A stretch of 64,000 bases of DNA from assembly GCF_006345805.1 (NCBI RefSeq), contig NC_043004.1, positions 76,508,001 through 76,572,000 of the forward strand, given 5' to 3'. A program made the translations under genes and the position numbers. Shown here in pieces: positions 10,490 to 22,580 of this stretch. Origin of the DNA: Octopus sinensis. Lineage: Eukaryota. The notes beneath the pieces are model-generated. The model was not told where the DNA came from. It searched no databases and saw nothing but the letters and a program-made list of their open reading frames with translations. Each line of letters starts with the position of its first letter. Positions within the stretch are counted from its first letter, which is position 1.

Positions 10490-11355
10490 CCAGAATGAGA
10501 ATAGGGTGGAGGAAATTCAGAGAGCTGTTACTTCTGTTGGCCACAAAAGGTTTCTCTCTCTGATTGAAAGGAAGATTTTATGATGCATATATGTGGACAG
10601 CAATTCTACATGGCAGTGAAATGTGGGCCTTGAATGCAGAGGACATGTGAAGGTAAGAAAGGAATGAGGCTAGTATGCTCTGTTGGATGTGTAGTGTAAG
10701 TGTACATTTTTGACAGAGTGCTGGTGTTTTGAGAGAGAAGTCAGGCATAAGAAGAATTAGATGCTGTGTGCAAGAAAGAAGACTATGCTGATTTGGTTAT
10801 GTGATGCAGATGGTTATGTGACAGCTCCATGAAGAAGTGCCAATCTTTCAAAGTAGATGGAACACATGGAAGTGAGAGACCCAGGAAGACATGGAATGAA
10901 GTACTGAAGAACAACTTCAGGATGCTGAACCTTTCAGGACGCAGAACCAAGATGCTTGGCTCTTTGCGGTACTCATGAAGACCTGTACTCTGCAGCAGAA
11001 GTGTTAAGACCAGTCCCGCTGGTGGTGAAAAGCACTCGTGGCAATGCCACATAAAAGCACCCATGTGGTACCACATGAAAACACCTGTATGGTGTCATGT
11101 AATAGCACTTGTGCAGCACCACATAAAAGTACCCATGTGGAAAACATAAAAGTACATGTGTGGTGCTACATAAAATCACCCAGCACACCAGCACACTCTG
11201 TAAAATGGTTGGCGTTAGGAAGGGCATCGAGCAGTAGAAGCCATGCCAAATCAGACTGGAGTCTGGTGCAGCTCCCCAGCTTACCAACTCTGGTCAAACC
11301 ATCTAGCCCATAGACAATGGACATTAAATGATGATGATGATGGTGATGATGATCA
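10490..11355 (+). mobile_element. Old, degenerate RTE-clade LINE 3' end with a 24-bp array in its 3' UTR and a (TGA)n tail
   Basis: Nucleotide similarity to the 12698-13373 RTE ORF (LHGSE.W and GRPRKTW-like segments), broken by stops. Family tail ggttggcgttaggaagggcatc...tgatgatga. Confidence 0.85.
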
Positions 11356-12016
11356 TATATATGTATGTGTATATGTGAGGTCACTTTTGAGTGCTACTGG
11401 TAATATGTAAACTAGCACAACCTGTTATACAACCTGTTACATGATTAGGTTGTTGGAGACTAAATTGACAACACCAGATCTTTATCAGTAAGATGGGATT
11501 TGGACACCCAGTAGGATGACAAATGACCCTTCAAAGGATGGATGAACTCTAAAGAGTCAATGGCCATCCAGTTACATGGTATACATCTGCAAGGATTAAA
11601 AAATTCTGATTTAGTTCCCAGGAAGGAGAGCATTCAGGTCACCAAGGTGGGTTGGTCTTTGAACTGTGGCAAAGGCATCTAATCTGTTGTGTGTCATTCA
11701 TTGAATTTATGGCAAATATTCACACCAACTTCCTTCTTTCAGTGTTTCCAAAAAAGTGTAGCTGGTCCGACCGAAGTCTTCATCGCTGAGAACAAATAAT
11801 CTGAGTGAATGCTCTAATGGTCTACTGGCTGTTCAACCCTTATCCATCAAAGCTGACAAGAGAATCCACTATATACATACATGCATACATACATACATAC
11901 ATACATACATACATACATACATACATACATACATACATACATACATACATGTATGCATGCATGCATACACACACACACACACACATACATACATACCCAC
12001 ACACATACATACATAC

Positions 12017-13786
12017 ATCATCATCATCATCATCATCATTTAGCGTCCGTTTTCCATGCTAGCATGGGTTGGACAGTTCAACTGGGGTCTGTGAAGCTGG
12101 AAGGCTTCATCAGGCCCAGTCAGATCTGGCAGTGTTTCTACGGCTGGATGCCCTTCCTAACGCCAACCACTCCGTGAGTGTAGTGGGTGCTTTTTACGTG
12201 CCACCCGCACAGGTGCCAGACAGAGCTGCCAAACGGCCACGAACGGATGGTGCTTTTACGTGCCACCAACACGGGGGCCAGACAGGGCTGGCAAACGGCC
12301 ACGAACGGATGGTGCTTTTACGTGTCACCGGCACGGGGGCCAGGCGAGGCTGGCAACGGACACGAACGGATGGTGCTTTTACATGCCACCGACACGGGGG
12401 CCAGACAGGGCTGGCAAACGGCCACGAACGGATGGTGCTTTTACGTGTCACCGGCACGGGGGCCAGACAGAGCTGGCAAACGGCCACAAACGGATGGTGC
12501 TTTTACGTGTCACCGGCACGGGGGCCAGGCCAGGCTGGCAACAAACACAAACGGCTGGTGCTTTTACGTGCCACCGACACGGGGGCCAGACAGGGCTGGC
12601 AAACGGCTACGAACGGATGGTGCTTTTACGTGTCACCTGCACGGGGGCCCTGATGTTGATCAACCTCAATTTGGTTTGATTTTGATTTTGACTGTTCTCA
12701 CTGGTCTTGCCAGGTTTTCTCACGCACAGCATACTTCCAAAGGTCTTGGTCACTGGTAATTTCCTTGGTGAGACCTAAAGTTCGAAGGTCGTGCTTCACC
12801 GCCTCGACCCAGGTTTTCCTGGGTCTACCTCTTCCACAGGTCCCCTTAACTGCCAGGGTGTGGCACTTTCGCACACAACTATCTTCAGCCATTCTCATCA
12901 CATGACCATACCAGCGCATACGTCTCTCTTGCACACAACAACTGATGCTTCTTAGGTTCACTTTCTCTCAAGGTACTTACACTCTGTCGATTATGAACAC
13001 TGACGTTACACATCCATCGGAGCATACTAGCTTCATTTCTTGCGAGCTTACGCAAATCCTCAGCAGTCACAGCCCAAGTTTCACTACCATGTAGCATGGC
13101 TGTACGTACACATGCATCATACAGTCTGCCTTTTACTTTGAGCGAGAGGCCTTTTGTCACCAGCAGGGGTAAGAGCTCTCTAAACTTTGCCCAGGCTATT
13201 CTTACTCTAGCAGTTATACTTTCAGCGCACCCACCCCCGCTACTGACTTGGTCACCTAGGTAACGGAAACTATCAACTACTTCTAGCTTTTCTCCCTGGA
13301 AAGTGACGGAAGTTGGTCTCAGAGCATTTTCAGTGTTAATTGTTCCTGAGCATCTGCCACATACAAAAACCATCTTCCTAGTTAGCCTTCCTTTGACATT
13401 GCTGCACCTCTTATGTGTCCATAGCTTACACTTGGTGCATCTTATAGAGTTTCTACCTACACCTTTTCTACAGATCGAGCAGGGCCATCTACCTGAAGGC
13501 GTTTGTGATTGGTCTACCTTCCTACTTATTAGGACTTTGGTTTTGGCTAGGTTGATTCTAAGGCCCTTCGATTCTAAACCTTGTTTCCATACCTGAAACT
13601 TCTCCTCTAGTTCTGATAGAGACTCAGCAATTAGAGCAAGGTCATCAGCATAGAGGAGCTCCCAGGGGCATCCTGTCTTGAATTCCTCCGTTATTGCCTG
13701 GAGGACTATGATAAATAGGAGGGGACTGAGGACTGAACCTTGGTGGACCCCAACCTCTACCCTGAATTCTTCACTGTACTCGGTGC
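12017..13786 (-). mobile_element. RTE-clade LINE, 5'-truncated within RT
   Basis: Minus-strand translation GVHQGSVLSPLLF...LLYADD, MLHGSETW, MRWYGHVMRM, GRGRPRKTW. 3' UTR ends in a (TGA)n tail at ~12017-12040. Confidence 0.95.
12186..12650 (-). repeat. ~62-bp tandem array (7 full units and 1 partial) in the RTE 3' UTR
   Basis: Motif ggtgcttttacgtg at 12186, 12249, 12311, 12372, 12434, 12496, 12557 and 12619. Confidence 0.95.
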
Positions 13787-13994
13787 TATATTTTAGTTAA
13801 TTTCAATGGGGAAAGTTGATTTGTAAGACAAGTAAATCATAAGACAAGCTCAATCATGGAACGAATTAAACTCATACTGCAAGGTATCACAGTATTTATA
13901 TAATATATACATGCATACATACACACACACACACATACATACATACATACATACATACATACATACACACACATACATACAAATATATATACAT

Positions 13995-14175
13995 GTCTGC
14001 TTTCCATACTAGCATGGATAGGACGATTTGACTGAGGACTGGCAAACCAGATGGCTGCACCAGGTTCCAATCTTGATCTGTAGAAACTCTGCCAGATCAA
14101 GATTAGAGCCTGGTGCAGCCATCTGGTTCGCCGTCCTGTCAAATCGTCCAACCCATGCTAGCATGGAAAGCAGAC
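13995..14175. repeat. Foldback palindrome made of two opposed RTE 3'-tail halves
   Basis: Arms ~13995-14080 and 14093-14175 with a 12-nt loop. Confidence 0.9.
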
Positions 14176-14214
14176 GTTAAACGATGATAATGATAATGAT
14201 ATATCCTCCTCCTC

Positions 14215-14670
14215 CTCCTCATCATCATCATCATCATTATCATCAACATCATCATTTAACATCTGCTTTCTATGCTGGTATGGGTTAGATGGTTTGATTG
14301 GAACTAGTAAGCCAGAGGGCTGCACTCAGTTCCACTCTGGTTTCTACAGCTGGATGCCAACCACTCCAAGAGTGTAATGGGTGCTTATCGTGTGCCGCCA
14401 GCATGGGTGCCATTTACACGACACTAGCAATGACCACAAATATGATTCCATTTGGCTTGATGAATCTTCTGAAGCACAACATATCATGAAAGGTCTCAGT
14501 CACTTGTCATTGCCTCCATGAGGCCTGACATTTGAAGGTCGTGCTTCACGACCTCATCTCATGTCCTCCTGGGTTTACTTCTTCTAAAGGCTCCCTCCAC
14601 AATTAGAGCTCAGCACTTCTTTACACAGCTGTCCTCATCCATATGCATCACATGACCATACAAGCACAGT
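14215..14670 (-). mobile_element. Degenerate RTE LINE 3' end
   Basis: (CAT)n tail, family 3' UTR and ORF2 C-terminal similarity to 12700-12920. Confidence 0.8.
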
Positions 14671-14715
14671 CATCTCCCCTGCACATCACATATGATGTTT
14701 ATATATACATAAATA

Positions 14716-15101
14716 CAATAGAACCTCACAGTATGAGTGACCCATTGTACGATCAATTTGCTGTAGAAGCCAAGACTCGTACAAATTTCTGTCTTGAAGT
14801 TCAAGCAGAAATCCCCAGTACAAGCACACAAATCATCCCATCTTTAAGGTAATTCAGTTAATAAAACCAGTTTACATGTTTCTTTTGCATTCTCTTTTTC
14901 ATAATTGTCATTTTACTTATAACTACACCTTTTCTGTTTTAAAACCCATAAGAAAATTTTTTTGAGTAGTTTTCAGGGGGCCGGAATGGGGTAATTATAT
15001 TTTAGTTAATTTCAATGGGGAAAGTTGATTTGTAAGACAAGTAAATCATAAGACAAGCTCAATCATGGAACGAATTAAACTCATACTGCAAGGTATCACT
15101 G
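14716..15101. mobile_element. Tc1/mariner-superfamily (pogo/Tigger-like) MITE
   Basis: Imperfect ~23-bp TIRs (caatagaacctcacagtatgagt / actcatactgcaaggtatcactg) with TA on both flanks; no ORF. Confidence 0.75.
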
Positions 15102-15431
15102 TATTTATATAATATATATTTATTGATAGATACTGCCCTCTGACAGGCTCCCATACTGGTGGAATGTAAAAAGCACCTACTACATTCTCAGAGTGGTTGG
15201 CATTTGGAAGGGCATCCAGCTGTAGAAATCTTGCCAGCTGTAGAAACCTCAGAGCCTGGTGCAGCTTTCTGGCCTGCAAGTCCTCAGTCAAACCGTCCAA
15301 CCCATGCCAGCATGGAAAGCAGACGTTAAACGATGATGATGATGATGATAGCATTTTTGGCAAGTGTCTTCCACTACAGCCAAAGACTCACCAAAGCCTT
15401 GTGGGTGGATTTGGTTAACAGAAGAAGACCA

Positions 15432-17233
15432 TTATGTGTGTGTGTGTGTTTTGTCCCCTACTACTGCTTGAGAACCAGTGTTGGTGTGTTTCCATCACCT
15501 CAACTTAGCAGTTCAGCAAAAGAAGCTGATAGAAAAGGTACTAGGCTCAAAAAAAAAAAAATAATAATAATAATAAATAATAATGGGGTTGATTTGATCA
15601 ATTAAAACTTCTTTAAGGCAGAGCCCCAGCATGGCTGCAGTCTAATGACTGAAACAAGTAAAAGATAAAAGATAGCATATTAACATAATATATTAATGCA
15701 TTTATGTAATATGTTAATATATATTAATATATCAATATATATTAATACATTAATATATATTCATACATTAATATATATTAATATATCTATATATATTAAT
15801 ATGTTAATATGTATTCATACATTAATATATATAATATATCAATATATATATTAATATATTAATATATTATATATTAATATTACACTCTGAATTACCAAAT
15901 AAGTAATATTCATGACAGTTTTCTACAAGAATGAAAAGATTAGCCAAAATTACAATAAAGAATAAAATTGAAATAAACACTTGGGCCTCAAAATTCACAA
16001 CAGACAGGGAAAGGTGAGTCAAGATAAAAATTTATACCCCCAAAATCTACAAAACTTCTAAATATTTGCCAGAACGAAGCAGTGAGTCAACTTGAGTGAA
16101 TCCCCAAGTGTACAAAACTCACAGCTGTTTACAACAAACACAAAAAGAAGGTGAGTCAACAGGACTGAATTCCCAAGAGAGAACACAAACTTGAAGATAA
16201 TTTGATGGATTGTTATTATTTTCAATGAATAACATCAAGTTAAACAAAAGCAAAACCAAACAAAAAGGAAATACTAAACAAAACAAAGCAAACAGATTGG
16301 ATATTTTATAAAGGTCACTCTATGCAAATATGTTATGTGTGTGTGTGTTTTGTCCCCTACTACTGCTTGAGAACCAGTGTTGGTGTGTTTCCATCACCTC
16401 AACTTAGCAGTTCAGCAAAAGAAGCTGATAGAAAAGGTACTAGGCTCAAAAAAAAAAAAAAATAATAATAATAATAATAATAATGGGGTTGATTTGATCA
16501 ATTAAAACTTCTTTAAGGCAGAGCCCCAGCATGGCTGCAGTCTAATGACTGAAACAAGTAAAAGATAAAAGATAGCATATTAACATAATATATTAATGCA
16601 TTTATGTAATATGTTAATATATATTAATATATCAATATATATTAATACATTAATATATATTCATACATTAATATATATTAATATATCTATATATATTAAT
16701 ATGTTAATATGTATTCATACATTAATATATATTAATATATCAATATATATATTAATATATTAATATATTATATATTAATATTACACTCTGAATTACCAAA
16801 TAAGTAATATTCATGACAGTTTTCTACAAGAATGAAAAGATTAGCCAAAATTACAATAAAGAATAAAATTGAAATAAACACTTGGGCCTCAAAATTCACA
16901 ACAGACAGGGAAAGGTGAGTCAAGATAAAAATTTATACCCCCAAAATCTACAAAACTTCTAAATATTTGCCAGAACGAAGCAGTGAGTCAACTTGAGTGA
17001 ATCCCCAAGTGTACAAAACTCACAGCTGTTTACAACAAACACAAAAAGAAGGTGAGTCAACAGGACTGAATTCCCAAGAGAGAACACAAACTTGAAGATA
17101 ATTTGATGGATTGTTATTATTTTCAATGAATAACATCAAGTTAAACAAAAGCAAAACCAAACAAAAAGGAAATACTAAACAAAACAAAGCAAACAGATTG
17201 GATATTTTATAAAGGTCACTCTATGCAAATATG
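15432..17233. repeat. ~900-bp near-perfect tandem duplication
   Basis: 15432-16332 matches 16333-17233 (offset 899-901). Differences are confined to small indels in poly-A/AT tracts. Confidence 0.95.
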
Positions 17234-18059
17234 TTATGTGTGTGTGTTGTGATTATTATTTTTGTTGTGTGTTTGTGTGTTTTCCAGCATACATTAAAAA
17301 TCTTTCATTCACAGACAACCAGATATATACATATATATAATAAGATATATATATATATAATATATATATATATATATACATACATGCATACATACACACA
17401 CACAAATACACATGCACACATACACACACTCACACGTGTATGTGTGTGTGTATATATAATATATATATATATATACATAGATATATATAGATACACATAT
17501 TTCTATATCAGAAGCACAAAACATCCCAAAAAAGGCACATATATATATACATATATAAAAATGTATATTCCAGTCCACATATATTTATACATGTGTGTGT
17601 GTGTGTGTGCGTAAAAATAATCTTCTTTCACACACACACACACACACATACACACACACCACACATACATATGCTCATACACAAATAGAAATGCACATTC
17701 AGATGTCCATATACATTTATACATACATGTGTGTATATAGATTCCCTAACTGTGTATGAACATTAATCAAGACTATATACATACACACAACACACGCACA
17801 CACACACATATGTGCATCTATGTGTGTGTGTTGTGTAATAGGCACAGATGTGGTTGAGAGGCTTGTTTTCCAACCTTGTGGTTTCAGGTTCAATCCAGAG
17901 TAAAAGATAATTAAATGATATCAAGTAATTGTTCAGTCATTAATTTTCATTGTTTTCAAGTTTAGAATGAAGAAAACATTTAAGAGTTTTAATAAAAGGT
18001 TTGATAAAGCAACAAATTGAAGAGTAACTTCAAAAAGTACCTACACTTGATATATCAAT

Positions 18060-18900
18060 ACATAAACAAATAAGGATCCACCAGCAACAAGTAAGGACCC
18101 AACACCAACAAGGATCCACCAGTAACAAGTAATAATCCACCAGCCACAAGTAAGGATCTACCAACAAGTAAAGATCTACAAGCAACAAGTAAGGGTCCAC
18201 CAACAACTAGTAAGGATCCACCATTAATGAGTAAGGATCCACCAGCAACAAGTAATAATCCACCAGCCACAAGTAAGGATCTACCAACAAGTAAAGATCT
18301 ACAAGCAACAAGTAAGGATCTACCAACAACTAGTAAGGATCCACCAGCAACAAGTAATAATCCACCAGCCACAAGTAAGGATCTACCAACAAGTAGAGAT
18401 TTACAAGCAACAAGTAAGGATCTACCAACAAGTAAAGATCTACAAGCAACAAGTAAGGATCCACCAGCAACAAGTAAGGATCCACCAGCCACTAGTAAGA
18501 ATCTACCAGTAACAAATAAGGATTCATCAGCAATAAGTAAAAATCTGCCAGCAACAAGTAATAATCCACCAACAGCTAGTAAAGATCCACCAACAGTGAG
18601 TAAGGATCCACCAGCAACATGTAAAGGCCCAGCACCAACAAGGATCCTCCAGCAACAAGTAAGGATCCACCAGCCACAAGTAAAGATCCACCAGCAACAA
18701 GTAAGGATCCACCAGCAACAAATAAGGATCCACCAGCAATGAGTAAGGATCCACCAGCAACGAGCAAGGATCCACCAGCAACATGTAAGGATCCACCAGC
18801 AACATGTAAGGGTCTCCCAGCAACATGTAAGGATCCACCAGCAACAAGTAAGGATCCCCCAGTAACAAGTAAGGATCAACAAATCCAAGGTAGCCAGTAA
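18060..18900 (+). repeat. 21-bp minisatellite (agtaaggatccaccagcaaca; SKDPPAT in one frame) with 18-bp variants and higher-order blocks
   Basis: Direct inspection; ORF 18227-18742. Confidence 0.9.
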
Positions 18901-20019
18901 AGTGCAAAGCAATCACAGACTGTTACCTCTACTACTGAAAAAACAGAGTCTGGAATCTCAATCCAGAAAAACACTAGAAAATATATGGATATGGATGTTA
19001 CTGTGCTGAAATCAACAATTAAAGCAACAAAATCCATGAAATTCAATGTGTTTCTGAGCAAAACACTTCATTTCACATTGCTCCAGTTCACTCAGCCGTA
19101 AATGGGTCACCCTGTGCTGAAATAAATTTTTTGATGAGTAAGGGATGGTGATCTGCTTGCCTAGTCAGCGGGGCGGCATCGTTTGAAAGCTAAAAAAACA
19201 ATGCAAAGCGCATTGTAATCAGCGATGTATAACAACATCCGATAGCCTGGTTGATGTCATGATCACATGATATAGGATGTATTACTTTTCTAACTTTGTC
19301 AGAGTTACAAAATTACTATGGTGGGAGTATGGCAGATATGGTAGTAGGATAAGAGAGTCTGCAAAATTAATTTCAAAAAGTAATGAGGACTGCCATATGA
19401 TAATGCAGTAAATATGATTGGTAAATACGATGGAATGTAGTAAAACATTCTCGAGATAAAAATGCTGTGTATATTCCTGGAGATTCGCTAAACCTTGTCT
19501 GTTGTGCTTTAATAGATGACAGATTAGATTCAATAACACTGTTTGTCGTTGTCCAAGAAATACCATGTCTGATGGCATAAAAGATGCACAGGCATGTTAG
19601 CTGTAACCCCAATTAGCCTACAGTAGTGAGTGTTCGGAAGAAAAACTAGCTAACAGGAAGCCCTATTTTGTATATTGGACCTGGGGTAATATTTTCAGAC
19701 TTTGCTTTTTCTTTTTTTGGGGGGAAAAATTGTGCATTTTATAGGCCATCGAATATGGTATACACTTCATTTCATCTTCAACAAAGAGGCAGCCAGGGTT
19801 GTTATCAAGCTTAATGCACAATGTAAAAGCAGTCGTATATATTCCATTAAATTCAAATGTGTATGTGTGTGTGTGTGTGTTAGGAAGGGCATCCAGCTGT
19901 AGAAACATTGCCAGATCAGATTGGAGTCTGGTGCAGCCATCTGGTTTGCCAGACCTCAGTCAAATCGTCCAACCCATGTTAGCATCGAAAGCAGACGTTA
20001 AACGATGATGATGATGATG

Positions 20020-20070
<51 letters not shown>

Positions 20071-20199
20071 CATGAGTCATGTTTTTTTTTATAACCAGCT
20101 ATACACCTATTCTAATATTTTCATAGATAGGAAACAGGAACAGAGCCTGGACTATATATTTGCATATAGATATTTGAGTACTGTGTATGTCAATGTGTG

Positions 20200-20283
<84 letters not shown>

Positions 20284-20679
20284 CACACACATGTGTGTAT
20301 GTATGTGTGTGTGTAATTATGTTGTTTTTGTATTTGGGAGTGGAGTAGGTGGGGTAGGTGGGGTCTGAAGATATGATTATGTAAAAGGGAGTGTTTTTAT
20401 TGATCTGATATTTTATCAAGCATTCACTCATGTATGTACGTATGTTTTGTGTATATGCACGTAAATGGGTGACGGTGGGGGGGGATGAATGTGTGCAAGC
20501 CGGTATCTCTCTCTCTCTCTTTGGTGTATTTGTGATATACATGCACACACACATACACATTTACACACACACATATACATACACATGTGTGTATACCTGT
20601 GTGTGCTTATGGTATGTATGTCTAGTTGTTTTCTTTTTCTATTTACACCTGTCAACTCAGTGGTGGAAGCAGTGTTGGT

Positions 20680-21350
20680 GGTGATGATGGATGGTGGTGG
20701 TAGAGGTGGGAGTGCTAGTGGTGGTGGTGGTGGTGGTAGTAATGGCGAGGGTTATAGTGATGGTTGTAGTCCTGTTTGTTGTTGTTGATGTTGTTCTTGT
20801 GGTGGTGGTAGTGGTGGTAGTGGTGGCGATAGTGATGGTTGTGGTGGTGGCAGTGATGGTGGGGATAGTCATAGGTGTGGGGTGATGGTTGTGGCGGTGA
20901 CACTGGTGGCAGTTTAGGTGGTGGTGGACATGAGAGTGGTTGTAGTGGTGGAGGTGGGAGTGGTGGTGGTGGTGGCAGTGATGGTGGTGATCGTCATAGA
21001 GAGTGGTGGTGGTGGTGGTGGAGGTGGAGGTGGAGGTGGAGGTGCGAGTGGTTGTGGTGGTGGGGACAAAGACAGCAGTGCACAGGTGTTATTGTTTTTG
21101 TTTTATTCTCTAGCAACTGTTGCCTTCAGTAAGCCTTCAACCACCCCGCCCACCTCAAACCACCACCACCACCACCGCCGCCACCGCCACCATCAGGTGA
21201 CTACCTTTTTCCTGCTTGATTCTTTTGTAGTTAGGGTTGCCTAAAGGCTGGGGGTTAGTCATCTTCAGTTTAGTAAGATATGTCAACCACCATCAGCCAT
21301 CAACCATCACCACCACCACCACCACCACCATACCCACACACCCCGCCCGC
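20680..21350. repeat. (GGT)n-rich block followed by (CAC)n-rich block
   Basis: Direct inspection. Confidence 0.85.
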
Positions 21351-22001
21351 TTCCGGTGTGTAGGTGGTCGGGGCGGGGTGGAAGTAGAGAAAATAGACAC
21401 TATTAACAACTTTCTGTACATTATCACAGAGCTAAGTAATCTGTTGCTGTCACCCCTCTCCCCTCCTTCCATTAACACTCTCTCACCCTAATTCCCCTAC
21501 TTCTTAACAATGCCTAACACACCCACCTGTACAGCCCTAACAAAGGGAGCTTGGTCTACCTACCTGGCCCCAACCCCCACCGCCCATGTTTCTATCACCA
21601 TCATAAAAAAAAAAAAATGGAATATTGTTGAGTGTGTTTATCTTTTGCACTTGTTTCAGTCATGCTGGGGTACCAAACCTTGAAGAGTTTAGTTCAGGAC
21701 CCCATGGGTCCACATAGACAGGGGACACAGACAGACATACAGTCAGATAGATAGAGAGATAGGGAGATAGATAGATTGATAGATTGATAGATAGATACAT
21801 AGATAGAGAGAGAGATAAATGGATGGATGGATGGAAAGAAAGAAAGAAGGAAGGATGGACAGGTGGATATGGATAGATAGAAAGCTAGTTAGATAGATAG
21901 ATAGATAGATAGATAGACAGATAGATGGATGGATAGATAGATAGATAGATAGATTGGTAGGTAGGTAGGTAGATAGAAATAGATAGATGCATATATATAT
22001 A

Positions 22002-22047
<46 letters not shown>

Positions 22048-22049
22048 TA

Positions 22050-22580
22050 TCATCATCATCATCATCATCATCATCGTTTAACGTCCGCTTTCCATGCTAG
22101 CATGGGTTGGACGGTTCAACTGGGGTCTGGGGAGCCCGAAGGCTGCACCAGGCCAGTCAGATCTGGCAGAGTTTCTACAGCTGGATGCTCTTCCTAACGC
22201 CAACCACTCCGTGAGTGTAGTGGGTGATTTTATGTGCCACCGACACAGGTGCCAGATGAGGCTGGCGGACGGCCATGCTCGGATGGTGTTTTTTATGTGC
22301 CACCGACACAGGTGCCAGACGAGGCTGGCGAACGGCCACGCTTGGATGGTGTTTTTTATGTGCCACCGACACAGGTGCCAGATGAGGCTGGCGAACGGCC
22401 ACGATCGGATGGTGTTTGTTACGTGCCCACAGCACTCGATGCGGTACTGGCTACGGCCACGTTCGGATGGTTTTCTTATGTGCCACCGGTACTGGAACCA
22501 CAAAGATACAAATTCCATTGATGTTCATCTATTTTGATTTGGTTTGATTTTCACTTGCCTCAACAGGTCTTCACAAGTGT
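22050..22580 (-). mobile_element. RTE LINE 3' UTR and tail with a 62-63-bp array
   Basis: Family tail plus motif copies at ~22223, 22285, 22348, 22411 and 22469. Confidence 0.9.

Noticed and set aside
12186-12650. CRISPR array interpretation of the 62-bp repeats
   Set aside because: Spacers are homologous to each other, the array lies in a eukaryotic LINE 3' UTR, and no cas genes are present.
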